From Eledone cirrhosa (Eukaryota): a stretch of DNA of 64,000 nt. Below are positions 38,859 through 53,000 of the stretch, in pieces. The stretch's first letter is position 1, and each line of letters begins with the position of its first letter. The translations under genes were made by a program, and so were the position numbers. Location of the stretch: the NCBI GenBank assembly GCA_964016885.1, contig OZ024743.1, forward strand, positions 176,080,001 to 176,144,000. The letters are read 5' to 3'. The notes under the pieces were generated by a model, which was given only the letters and a program-made list of their open reading frames with translations, ran no database searches and was not told where the DNA came from.

Positions 38859-39375
38859 AGAGAGAGAGAATGAATGAGAAATAGTTAGTTTTCATCTCCA
38901 ACAGCGATAATTGATGACTATTTACTTTTCAACTTGAAGAAACCAGCTGGAATACTACGTTGCCAACATTTACCTTAAACGATTAAACTTTACTCAATTT
39001 AACTTTATTCTATTTAATAATAATGTTTTTATTTAGAAGTGTTTATTGATTTCATAATATACTTTATTCTAATTATGTTTCTCTTCTGTCACAGCTAGTA
39101 GATACTTAAGTACGTTGTGTGTTCAAGCAGACCCTCCCAAATTTTAAAATCGTGCCTCGCTTATTTTAAAAAGAGAAATTTGTCACGACACACCTCTTCG
39201 CATCCAACTAGCTTTCTGTAAAAGAAAGTCATGGTGAAATCGTTTTAATAGGTGGCGTATTGGCAAAGACGTTAGATTGAAAATATGTCGGTATTTGCTG
39301 TAGCTTACTGCATTTACTCGCGCCTCCCATTCTTTCAACGTCGATAAAAATAGTACCAAACACACACATACACAC

Positions 39376-39550
39376 CTTTTCTTCTTCTTCTTCTTCTTCT
39401 TCTTCTTCTTCGTCCACTTATTCCTGAGATGGTCGTTGAGGAGAGTCCTCGAACACTTCTTCCAGCGGGTCCTGTCAGAAGCAACAGTCTCCAACTGATC
39501 CGACTGGATCCCCAAGCAAGACCAGTCAAACTCATGGATGTTATCCAGCC
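39376..39550 (-). mobile_element. RTE-clade LINE 3' end with (GAA)n tail
   Basis: Reverse complement of the 16510-16650 region (WLDNIH...LGIQSDQLETVASDRTRW), followed by (GAA)n. Confidence 0.8.
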
Positions 39551-39884
39551 AACACACACACATATCGACTGCAAAGTTTGAAACGCCCAAGATGCATCAT
39601 GCGCTAGGATGGCGCTTCTAAGATTCAGTCATGAGTTAAGGGCCTTTTATTACCGTTATTATAATATGATGGACATTTTTGCCCTGGTTTTTATTAAATT
39701 TTAAATTTATAGATTTTTCACATGTACAATCTCAAAGATATATTTATGAGAAGGAAAATTGCAATAACCAGCATATAATTATCCTAAATTCAGAATATAA
39801 TACAAAGAAAATATTGTAGACTACAGTTCTTTAAAAAAGAGGGAGAACACACTGCATGGGTAGACTGTCTGAAAAACAAATATC

Positions 39885-40032
39885 GGATGGCCTTTGGCAG
39901 TAGTGATAGAGGGTCGGACGCCATGCTTTGCAGCATAGTTACGGCCCTTTATGATCTGAATTCAAATCCCGCCGAGGTTAACTTTGCATTTCATCCTTAC
40001 GGGGTCGATAAAATAAAGTACCAATAATGCGC
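39885..40032 (+). mobile_element. SINE family A copy (3'-truncated)
   Basis: GGCAGTAGTGATAGAGGGTCGGACGCCATGCTTT...TTCAAATCCCGCCGAGGTTAACTTTGC...GTCGATAAAATAAAGTACC. Confidence 0.85.
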
Positions 40033-40487
40033 TTCATTCTATTCCATTTATCGTTTTCGGTGCGCCTGACCGACTGAAATCACTCGATATGCAAATTAGG
40101 CTGCTCAGCCGTTAATTTTCATAAGGAAAGTATATACTTTCGGACGTTCAACCATCTGGCAGAAAGGTATACGGTGCTGACGATAGCTAATAAGCTTGAA
40201 ACTAGTACATCGTTCCTGTATCAGTGTTGAACAAAAATGTGACGGGGTTGCCTAAACACTGTACGGCGTAATTCAGGCTGTTTGTTTGTTTACAAACGAA
40301 CAAACCGAGCATTATAATAAATGTTCGGTAAACTGATACGTGCATATATATATATGTGCCTGTATGTATATATATACATACTACTGTACGTCTGTATACA
40401 TATATGTATGTACGTATACATACATACTTACATTTAAGTAAGTGCATTACTAAGAGTGAGAAATGAAATTTCGTTTCATTCTATTCC

Positions 40488-40525
<38 letters not shown>

Positions 40526-41066
40526 ATATGGCTTCTCCAGGACTAGAACTGTTTCATTCGAACAAAAACATCAGAAAAAGCCTACTTGCGTTATAATGTG
40601 GTAGTATATAAAGTACCAGTAATGCACTGGGTATTTGCTGGCCTTGTGCCTAAAGTAGAAACAAGTATTTATATGTTCACTGGTATGCGGGGAAGGTGGT
40701 GATTTTAACGATGGGTAAAGGTCATTGGCTGATACATTTGTAGGGAACTGAGATTCTTTGAAAATATCTATTTTTAGAAATATACAATTAATAAAAAGAC
40801 GAAGATAAAAAGCAGGTTTATACACATACTTAAATATTTATAGAGATTCATACAAACTAACGCCCACATATTTTAAAGTAAACAAAAGGAGTATATATAT
40901 TTACATATACGTAATATAATTTTACAAATCAAGCAATGAAGAGGACCACATTTCAATGAAAGGTTTTACACAAATTAGATGAAGAATATATATATTTATT
41001 AAATTTAAATGTCCACTTTAGAGCCAGATGAATGATTTTCTGTGTAGTCATAACATGGCCAATGCG

Positions 41067-44000
41067 GACGCTCGACAATGAGAGGCTCGACAATGAGACG
41101 CTCGACAATGAGACGCTCGACAATGAGACGCTCGACAATGAGAGGCTCGACAATGAGAGGCTCGAAAATGAGAGGCTCGACAATGAGAGGCTCGACAATG
41201 AGAGGCTCGAAAATGAGAGGCTCGACAATGAGACGCTCGACAATGAGAGGCTCGACAATGAGAGGCTCGAGAATGAGAGGCTCGACAATGAGACGCTCGA
41301 CGATGAGAGGCTCGACAATGAGAGGCTCGACAATGAGAGGCTCGACAATGAGAGGCTCGACAATGAGAGGCTCGACAATGAGAGGCTCGACAATGAGAGA
41401 CTCGACAATGAGACGCTCGACAATGAGAGGCTCGACAATGAGAGGCTCGACAATGAGACGCTCGACAATGAGACGCTCAAGAATGAGACGCTCGACAATG
41501 AGAGGCTCGACAAAGAGACGCTCGACAATGAAACGCTCAACAATGAGACGCTTGACAATGAAACGCTCGACAATGAGAGGCTCGACAATGAGACGCTCGA
41601 CAATGAGAGGCTCGACAATGAGAGGCTCGACAATGAGAGGCTCGACAATGAGAGGCTCGACAATGAGACGCTCGACAATGAGACGCTCGACAATGAGACG
41701 CTCGACAATGAGAGGCTCGACAATGAGAGGCTCGAGAATGAGACGCTCGACAATGAGAGGCTCGAAAATGAGAGGCTCGACAATGAGAGGCTCGACAATG
41801 AGAGGTTCGACAATGAGACGCTCGACAATGAGAGGCTCGACAATGAGAGGCTCGACAATGAGAGGCTCGACAATGAGAGGCTCGACAATGAGAGGCTCGA
41901 CAATGAGAGGCTCGACAATGAGAGGCTCGAAAATGAGAGGCTCGACAATGAGACGCTCGACAATGAGAGGCTCGACAATGAGAGGCTCGAGAATGAGAGG
42001 CTCGACAATGAGACGCTCGACGATGAGAGGCTCGACAATGAGAGGCTCGACAATGAGAGGCTCGACAATGAGAGGCTCGACAATGAGAGGCTCGACAATG
42101 AGACGCTCGATAATGAGACGCTCGACAATGAGATGCTCGACAATGAGACGCTCGACAATGAGACGCTCGACAATGAGAGGCTCGACAATGAGAGGCTCGA
42201 CAATGAGAGGCTCGACAATGAGAGACTCGACAATGAGACGCTCGACAATGAGAGGCTCGACAATGAGAGGCTCGACAATGAGACGCTCGACAATGAGACG
42301 CTCAACAATGAGACGCTCGACAATGAGAGGCTCGACAACGAGACGCTCGACAATGAAACGCTCAACAATGAGACGCTTGACAATGAAACGCTCGACAATG
42401 AGAGGCTCGACAATGAGACGCTCGACAATGAGAGGCTCGACAATGAGAGGCTCGACAATGAGAGGCTCGACAATGAGAGGCTCGACAATGAGAGGCTCGA
42501 CAATGAGAGGCTCGACAATGAGAGGCTCGAAAATGAGAGGCTCGACAATGAGAGGCTCGACAATGAGAGGCTCGACAATGAGAGGCTCGACAATGAGAGG
42601 CTCGACAATGAGAGGCTCGACAATGAGAGGCTTGACAATGAGAGGCTCGACAATGAGACGCTCGACAACGAGAGGCTCGACATTGAGACGCTCGACAATG
42701 AGACGCTCGACAATGAGAGGATTGACGATGAGAGGCTCGACAATGAGAGGCTCGACAATGAGACGCTCGACAATGAGACGCTCGACAATGAGAGACTCGA
42801 GAATGAGACGCTCGACAATGAGAGGCTCGACAATGAGAGGCTCGACAATGAGACGCTCGACAATGAGAGGCTCGACAACGAGAGGCTCGACAATGAGACG
42901 CTCGACAATTCGACGCGCGACAATGAGACGCTTGACAATGAGACGCTCGACAATGAGAGGCTCGACAATGAGACGCTCGACAATGAGACGCTCGACAATG
43001 AGAGGCTAGACAATGAGACGCTCGACAATGAGACGCTCGACAATGAGACGCTCGACAATGAGAGGCTCGACAATGAGACGCTCGACAATAATAGGCTCGA
43101 CAATGAGACGCTCGACAATGAGAGGCTCGACAATGAGAGGCTCGACAATGAGACGCTCGACAAAGAGAGGCTCGACAATGAGACGCTCGACAATGAGAGG
43201 CTCGACAATGAGAGGCTCGACAAGGAGAGGCTCGACAATGAGAGGCTCGACAATGAGAGGCTCGACAATGAGACGCTCGACAATGAGAGGCTCGATAATG
43301 AGAGGCTCGACAATGAGAGGCTCGACAATGAGAGGCTCGACAATGAGACGCTCGACAATGAGAGGCTCGACAATGAGACGCTCGACAATGAGAGGCTCGA
43401 CAATGAGAGGCTCGACAATGAGAGGCTCGACAAGGAGAGGCTCAACAATGAGAGGCTCGACAATGAGAGGCTCGACAATGAGAGGCTCGACAATGAGAGG
43501 CTCGACAATGAGAGGCTCGACAATGAGAGGCTCGACAATGAGACGCTCGACAATGAGAGGCTCGACAATGAGACGCTCGACAATGAGACGCTCGACAATG
43601 AGACGCTCGACAATGAGACGCTCGACAATGAGACGCTCGACAATGAGACGCTCGACAATGAGAGGCTCGACAATGAGAGGCTCGACAATGAGAGGCTCGA
43701 CAATGAGAGGCTCGACAATGAGAGGCTCGAAAATGAGACGCTCGACAATGAGACTCTCGTCAAAGAGAGGCTCGACAATGAGAGGCTCGACAATGAGAGG
43801 CTCGACAATGAGAGGCTCGACAATGAGAGGCTCGACAATGAGAGACTCGACAATGAGACGCTCGACAATGAGAGGCTCGACAATGAGAGCTCGACAATGA
43901 GAGGCTCGTCAATGAGACGCTCGACAATGAGACGCTCGACAATGAGACGCTCGACAATGAGAGGCTCGACAATGAGAGGCTCGACAATGTGACGCTCGAC

Positions 44001-47000
44001 AATAATAGGCTCGACAATGAGACGCTCGACAATGAGAGGCTCGACAATGAGACGCTCGACAATGAGACGCTCGACAATGAGAGGCTCGACAATGAGAGGC
44101 TCGACAATGAGAGGCTCGACAATGAGACGCTCGACAATGAGACGCTCGACAATGAGACGCTCGACAATGAGAGGCTCTACAATGAGAGGCTCGAGAATGA
44201 GACGCTCGACAATGAGAGGCTCGAAAATGAGAGGCTCGACAATGAGAGGCTCGACAATGAGAGGTTCGACAATGAGACGCTCGACAATGAGAGGATTGAC
44301 AATGAGAGGCTCGACAATGAGACGCTCGACAATGAGACGCTCGACAATGAGACGCTCGACAATGAGAGGCTCGACAATGAGACGCTCGACAATGAGAGGC
44401 TCGACAACGAGAGGCTCGACAATGAGACGCTCGACAATGCGACGCTCGACAATGAGACGCTTGACAATGAGAGGCTCGACAATGAGAGGCTCGACAATGA
44501 GAGGCTCGACAATGAGACGCTCGACAATAATAGGCTCGACAATGAGACGCTCGACAATGAGAGGCTCGACAATGAGAGGCTCGACAATGAGACGCTCGAC
44601 AATGAGAGGCTCGACAATGAGACGCTCGACAATGAGAGGCTCGACAATGAGAGGCTCGACAATGAGAGGCTCGACAAGGAGAGGCTCGAGAATGAGAGGC
44701 TCGACAATGAGAGGCTCGACAATGAGAGGCTCGACAAAGAGAGGCTCGATAATGAGAGGCTCGACAATGAGAGGCTCGACAATGAGAGGCTCGACAATGA
44801 GACGCTCGACAATGAGAGGCTCGACAATGAGACGCTCGACAATGAGAGGCTCGACAATGAGAGGCTCGACAACGAGAGGCTCGACAAGGAGAGGCTCGAC
44901 AATGAGAGGCTCGACAATGAGAGGCTCGACAATGAGAGGCTCGACAATGAGAGGCTCGACAATGAGACGCTCGACAATGAGAGGCTCGACAATGAGACGC
45001 TCGACAATGAGACGCTCGACAATGAGAGGCTCGACAATGAGAGGCTCGACAATGAGAGGCTCGACAATGAGACGCTCGACAATGAGAAACTCGACAATGA
45101 GACGCTCGACAATGAGAGGCTCGACAATGAGACGCTCGACAATGAGACGCTCGACAATGAGACGCTCGACAATGAGACGCTCGACAATGAGAGGCTCGAC
45201 AATGAGACGCTCGACAATGAGAGGCTCGACAATGAGAGGCTCGACAATGAGACGCTTGACAATGAGACGCTCGACAATGAGAGGCTCGACAATGAGACGC
45301 TCGACAATGAGAGGCTCGACAATGAGAGGCTCGACAATGAGACGCTCGACAATGAGAGGCTCGACAATGAGAGTCTCGACAATGAGACGCTCGACAATGA
45401 GACGTTCGACAATGAGACACTCGACAATGAGAGGCTCGACAATGATAGGCTCGACAATGAGATGCTCGACAATGAGACGCTCGACAATGAGACGGTGGAC
45501 AATGAGAGGCTCGACAATTTGAGGCTCGACAATGAGAGGCTCGACAATTAGAGACTCGACAATGAGAGGCTCGACAATGAGAGGCTCGACAATGAGAGGC
45601 TCGACAATGAGACGCTCGACAATGAGAGGCTCGACAATGAGAGGCTCGACAATGAGAGGCTCGACAATGAGACGCTCGACAATGAGACGCTCGACAATGA
45701 GAGGCTCGACAATGAGACGCTCGACAATGAGACGCTCGACAATGAGACGCTCGACAATGAGACGCTCGACAATGAGAGGCTCGACAATGAGAGGCTCGAC
45801 AATGAGAGGTTCGACAATGAGAGGCTCGACAATGAGAGGCTCGACAATGAGACGCTCGACAATGAGACGCTCGACAATGAGACTCTCGGCAAAGAGAGGC
45901 TCGACAATGAGAGGCTCGACAATGAGAGGCTCGACAATGAGAGGCTCGACAATGAGAGGCTCGAAAATGAGAGACTCGACAATGAGACGCTCGACAATGA
46001 GAGGCTCGACAATGAGAGGCTCGACAATGAGAGGCTCGACAATGAGACGCTCGACAATGAGACGCTCGACAATGAGACCCTCGACAATGAGAGGCTCGAC
46101 AATGAGAGGCTCGACAATGTGACGCTCGACAATAATAGGCTCGATAATGAGACGCTCGACAATGAGAGGCTCGACAATGAGACGCTCGACAATGAGACGC
46201 TCGACAATGAGAGGCTCGACAATGAGACGCTCGACAATGAGAGGCTCGACAATGAGAGGCTCGACAATGAGACGCTCGACAATGAGACGCTCGACAATGA
46301 GACGCTCGACAATGAGACGCTCGACAATGAGAGGCTCGACAATGAGAGGCTCGACAATGAGACGCTCGACAATGAGAGGCTCGACAATGAGAGGCTCGAC
46401 AATGAGACGCTCGACAATGAGACGCTCGACAATGAGAAACTCGACAATGAGACGCTCGACAATGAGAGGCTCGACAATGAGAGGCTCGACAATGAGACGC
46501 TCGACAATGAGAGGCTCGACAATGAGAGGCTCGACAATGAGACGCTCGACAATGAGACGCTCGACAATGAGACGCTCGACAATGAGACGCTCGACAATGA
46601 GAGGCTCGACAATGAGACGCTCGACAATGAGAGGCTCGACAATGAGACGCTCGACAATGAGACGCTTGACAATGAGACGCTCGACAATGAGAGGCTCGAC
46701 AATGAGACGCTCGACAATGAGAGGCTCGACAATGGGAGGCTCGACAATGAGACGCTCGACAATGAGAGGCTCGACAATGAGAGGCTCGACAATGAGACGC
46801 TCGACAATGAGACGTTCGACAATGAGACACTCGACAATGAGAGGCTCGACAATGATAGGCTCGACAATGAGATGCTCGACAATGAGACGCTCGACAATGA
46901 GACGGTCGACAATGAGAGGCTCGACAATGAGAGGCTCGACAATGAGAGGCTCGACAATTAGAGACTCGACAATGAGAGGCTCGACAATGAGAGGCTCGAC

Positions 47001-50000
47001 AATGAGAGGCTCGACAATGAGACGCTCGACAATGAGACGTTCGACAATGAGAGGCTCGACAATGAGAGGCTCGACAATGAGAGGCTCGACAATGAGACGC
47101 TCGACAATGAGAGGCTCGACAATGAGAGGCTCGACAATGAGACGCTCGACAATGAGACGCTCGACAATGAGACGCTCGACAATGAGAGGCTCGACAATGA
47201 GAGGCTCGACAATGAGAGGCTCGACAATGAGAGGCTCGACAATGAGAGGCTCGACAATGAGAGGCTCGACAATGAGAGGCTCGACAATGAGACGCTCGAC
47301 AATGAGACGCTCGACAATGAGACTCTCGGCAAAGAGAGGCTCGACAATGAGAGGCTCGACAATGAGAGGCTCGACAATGAGAGGCTCGACAATGAGAGGC
47401 TCGAAAATGAGAGACTCGACAATGAGACGCTCGACAATGAGAGGCTCGACAATGAGAGGCTCGACAATTAGAGGCTCGACAATGAGACGCTCGACAATGA
47501 GACGCTCGACAATGAGACCCTCGACAATGAGAGGCTCGACAATGAGAGGCTCGACAATGTGACGCTCGACAATAATAGGCTCGACAATGAGACGCTCGAC
47601 AATGAGAGGCTCGACAATGAGACGCTCGACAATGAGACGCTCGACAATGAGAGGCTCGACAATGAGACGCTCGACAATGAGAGGCTCGACAATGAGAGGC
47701 TCGACAATGAGACGCTCGACAATGAGAGGCTCGACAATGAGACGCTCGACAATGAGACGCTCGACAATGAGACGCTCGACAATGAGAGGCTCGACAATGA
47801 GAGGCTCGACAATGAGAGGCTCAACAATGAGAGGCTCGACAATGAGACGCTCGACAATGAGACGCTCGACAATGAGAGGCTCGACAATGAGACGCTCGAC
47901 AATGAGACGCTCGACATTGAGAGGCTCGACAATGAGAGGCTCGACAATGAGATGCTCGACAATGAGAAACTCGACAATGAGACGCTCGACAATGAGAGGC
48001 TCGACAATGAGAGGCTCGACAATGAGACGCTCGACAATGAGAGGCTCGACAATGAGACGCTCAACAATGAGAGGCTCGACAATGAGAGGCTCGACAATGA
48101 GACGCTCGACAATGAGACGCTCGACAATGAGAGGCTCGACAATGAGAGGCTCGACAATGTGACGCTCGACAATAATAGGCTCGACAATGAGACGCTCGAC
48201 AATGAGAGGCTCGACAATGAGACGCTCGACAATGAGACGCTCGACAATGAGAGGCTCGACAATGAGAGGCTCGACAATGAGAGGCTCGACAATGAGACGC
48301 TCGACAATGAGACGCTCGACAATGAGACGCTCGACAATGAGAGGCTCTACAATGAGAGGCTCGAGAATGAGACGCTCGACAATGAGAGGCTCGAAAATGA
48401 GAGGCTCGACAATGAGAGGCTCGACAATGAGAGGTTCGACAATGAGACGCTCGACAATGAGAGGATTGACAATGAGAGGCTCGACAATGAGACGCTCGAC
48501 AATGAGACGCTCGACAATGAGACGCTCGACAATGAGAGGCTCGACAATGAGACGCTCGACAATGAGAGGCTCGACAACGAGAGGCTCGACAATGAGACGC
48601 TCGACAATGCGACGCTCGACAATGAGACGCTTGACAATGAGAGGCTCGACAATGAGAGGCTCGACAATGAGAGGCTCGACAATGAGACGCTCGACAATAA
48701 TAGGCTCGACAATGAGACGCTCGACAATGAGAGGCTCGACAATGAGAGGCTCGACAATGAGACGCTCGACAATGAGAGGCTCGACAATGAGACGCTCGAC
48801 AATGAGAGGCTCGACAATGAGAGGCTCGACAATGAGAGGCTCGACAAGGAGAGGCTCGAGAATGAGAGGCTCGACAATGAGAGGCTCGACAATGAGAGGC
48901 TCGACAAAGAGAGGCTCGATAATGAGAGGCTCGACAATGAGAGGCTCGACAATGAGAGGCTCGACAATGAGACGCTCGACAATGAGAGGCTCGACAATGA
49001 GACGCTCGACAATGAGAGGCTCGACAATGAGAGGCTCGACAACGAGAGGCTCGACAAGGAGAGGCTCGACAATGAGAGGCTCGCCAATGAGAGGCTCGAC
49101 AATGAGAGGCTCGACAATGAGAGGCTCGACAATGAGACGCTCGACAATGAGAGGCTCGACAATGAGACGCTCGACAATGAGACGCTCGACAATGAGAGGC
49201 TCGACAATGAGAGGCTCGACAATGAGAGGCTCGACAATGAGACGCTCGACAATGAGAAACTCGACAATGAGACGCTCGACAATGAGAGGCTCGACAATGA
49301 GAGGCTCGACAATGAGACGCTCGACAATGAGAGGCTCGACAATGAGAGGCTCGACAATGAGACGCTCGACAATGAGACGCTCGACAATGAGACGCTCGAC
49401 AATGAGACGCTCGACAATGAGAGGCTCGACAATGAGACGCTCGACAATGAGAGGCTCGACAATGAGAGGCTCGACAATGAGACGCTTGACAATGAGACGC
49501 TCGACAATGAGAGGCTCGACAATGAGACGCTCGACAATGAGAGGCTCGACAATGAGAGGCTCGACAATGAGACGCTCGACAATGAGAGGCTCGACAATGA
49601 GAGTCTCGACAATGAGACGCTCGACAATGAGACGTTCGACAATGAGACACTCGACAATGAGAGGCTCGACAATGATAGGCTCGACAATGAGATGCTCGAC
49701 AATGAGACGCTCGACAATGAGACGGTGGACAATGAGAGGCTCGACAATTTGAGGCTCGACAATGAGAGGCTCGACAATTAGAGACTCGACAATGAGAGGC
49801 TCGACAATGAGAGGCTCGACAATGAGAGGCTCGACAATGAGACGCTCGACAATGAGAGGCTCGACAATGAGAGGCTCGACAATGAGAGGCTCGACAATGA
49901 GACGCTCGACAATGAGACGCTCGACAATGAGAGGCTCGACAATGAGACGCTCGACAATGAGACGCTCGACAATGAGACGCTCGACAATGAGACGCTCGAC

Positions 50001-53000
50001 AATGAGAGGCTCGACAATGAGAGGCTCGACAATGAGAGGTTCGACAATGAGAGGCTCGACAATGAGAGGCTCGACAATGAGACGCTCGACAATGAGACGC
50101 TCGACAATGAGACTCTCGGCAAAGAGAGGCTCGACAATGAGAGGCTCGACAATGAGAGGCTCGACAATGAGAGGCTCGACAATGAGAGGCTCGAAAATGA
50201 GAGACTCGACAATGAGACGCTCGACAATGAGAGGCTCGACAATGAGAGGCTCGACAATGAGAGGCTCGACAATGAGACGCTCGACAATGAGACGCTCGAC
50301 AATGAGACCCTCGACAATGAGAGGCTCGACAATGAGAGGCTCGACAATGTGACGCTCGACAATAATAGGCTCGATAATGAGACGCTCGACAATGAGAGGC
50401 TCGACAATGAGACGCTCGACAATGAGACGCTCGACAATGAGAGGCTCGACAATGAGACGCTCGACAATGAGAGGCTCGACAATTAGAGGCTCGACAATGA
50501 GACGCTCGACAATGAGACGCTCGACAATGAGACCCTCGACAATGAGAGGCTCGACAATGAGAGGCTCGACAATGTGACGCTCGACAATAATAGGCTCGAC
50601 AATGAGACGCTCGACAATGAGAGGCTCGACAATGAGACGCTCGACAATGAGACGCTCGACAATGAGAGGCTCGACAATGAGACGCTCGACAATGAGAGGC
50701 TCGACAATGAGAGGCTCGACAATGAGACGCTCGACAATGAGAGGCTCGACAATGAGACGCTCGACAATGAGACGCTCGACAATGAGACGCTCGACAATGA
50801 GAGGCTCGACAATGAGAGGCTCGACAATGAGAGGCTCAACAATGAGAGGCTCGACAATGAGACGCTCGACAATGAGACGCTCGACAATGAGAGGCTCGAC
50901 AATGAGACGCTCGACAATGAGACGCTCGACATTGAGAGGCTCGACAATGAGAGGCTCGACAATGAGATGCTCGACAATGAGAAACTCGACAATGAGACGC
51001 TCGACAATGAGAGGCTCGACAATGAGAGGCTCGACAATGAGACGCTCGACAATGAGAGGCTCGACAATGAGACGCTCAACAATGAGAGGCTCGACAATGA
51101 GAGGCTCGACAATGAGACGCTCGACAATGAGACGCTCGACAATGAGAGGCTCGACAATGAGAGGCTCGACAATGTGACGCTCGACAATAATAGGCTCGAC
51201 AATGAGACGCTCGACAATGAGAGGCTCGACAATGAGACGCTCGACAATGAGACGCTCGACAATGAGAGGCTCGACAATGAGAGGCTCGACAATGAGAGGC
51301 TCGACAATGAGACGCTCGACAATGAGACGCTCGACAATGAGACGCTCGACAATGAGAGGCTCTACAATGAGAGGCTCGAGAATGAGACGCTCGACAATGA
51401 GAGGCTCGAAAATGAGAGGCTCGACAATGAGAGGCTCGACAATGAGAGGTTCGACAATGAGACGCTCGACAATGAGAGGATTGACAATGAGAGGCTCGAC
51501 AATGAGACGCTCGACAATGAGACGCTCGACAATGAGACGCTCGACAATGAGAGGCTCGACAATGAGACGCTCGACAATGAGAGGCTCGACAACGAGAGGC
51601 TCGACAATGAGACGCTCGACAATGCGACGCTCGACAATGAGACGCTTGACAATGAGAGGCTCGACAATGAGAGGCTCGACAATGAGAGGCTCGACAATGA
51701 GACGCTCGACAATAATAGGCTCGACAATGAGACGCTCGACAATGAGAGGCTCGACAATGAGAGGCTCGACAATGAGACGCTCGACAATGAGAGGCTCGAC
51801 AATGAGACGCTCGACAATGAGAGGCTCGACAATGAGAGGCTCGACAATGAGAGGCTCGACAAGGAGAGGCTCGAGAATGAGAGGCTCGACAATGAGAGGC
51901 TCGACAATGAGAGGCTCGACAAAGAGAGGCTCGATAATGAGAGGCTCGACAATGAGAGGCTCGACAATGAGAGGCTCGACAATGAGACGCTCGACAATGA
52001 GAGGCTCGACAATGAGACGCTCGACAATGAGAGGCTCGACAATGAGAGGCTCGACAACGAGAGGCTCGACAAGGAGAGGCTCGACAATGAGAGGCTCGAC
52101 AATGAGAGGCTCGACAATGAGAGGCTCGACAATGAGAGGCTCGACAATGAGACGCTCGACAATGAGAGGCTCGACAATGAGACGCTCGACAATGAGACGC
52201 TCGACAATGAGAGGCTCGACAATGAGAGGCTCGACAATGAGAGGCTCGACAATGAGACGCTCGACAATGAGAAACTCGACAATGAGACGCTCGACAATGA
52301 GAGGCTCGACAATGAGAGGCTCGACAATGAGACGCTCGACAATGAGAGGCTCGACAATGAGAGGCTCGACAATGAGACGCTCGACAATGAGACGCTCGAC
52401 AATGAGACGCTCGACAATGAGACGCTCGACAATGAGAGGCTCGACAATGAGACGCTCGACAATGAGAGGCTCGACAATGAGAGGCTCGACAATGAGACGC
52501 TTGACAATGAGACGCTCGACAATGAGAGGCTCGACAATGAGACGCTCGACAATGAGAGGCTCGACAATGAGAGGCTCGACAATGAGACGCTCGACAATGA
52601 GAGGCTCGACAATGAGAGTCTCGACAATGAGACGCTCGACAATGAGACGTTCGACAATGAGACACTCGACAATGAGAGGCTCGACAATGATAGGCTCGAC
52701 AATGAGATGCTCGACAATGAGACGCTCGACAATGAGACGGTGGACAATGAGAGGCTCGACAATTTGAGGCTCGACAATGAGAGGCTCGACAATTAGAGAC
52801 TCGACAATGAGAGGCTCGACAATGAGAGGCTCGACAATGAGAGGCTCGACAATGAGACGCTCGACAATGAGAGGCTCGACAATGAGAGGCTCGACAATGA
52901 GAGGCTCGACAATGAGACGCTCGACAATGAGACGCTCGACAATGAGAGGCTCGACAATGAGACGCTCGACAATGAGACGCTCGACAATGAGACGCTCGAC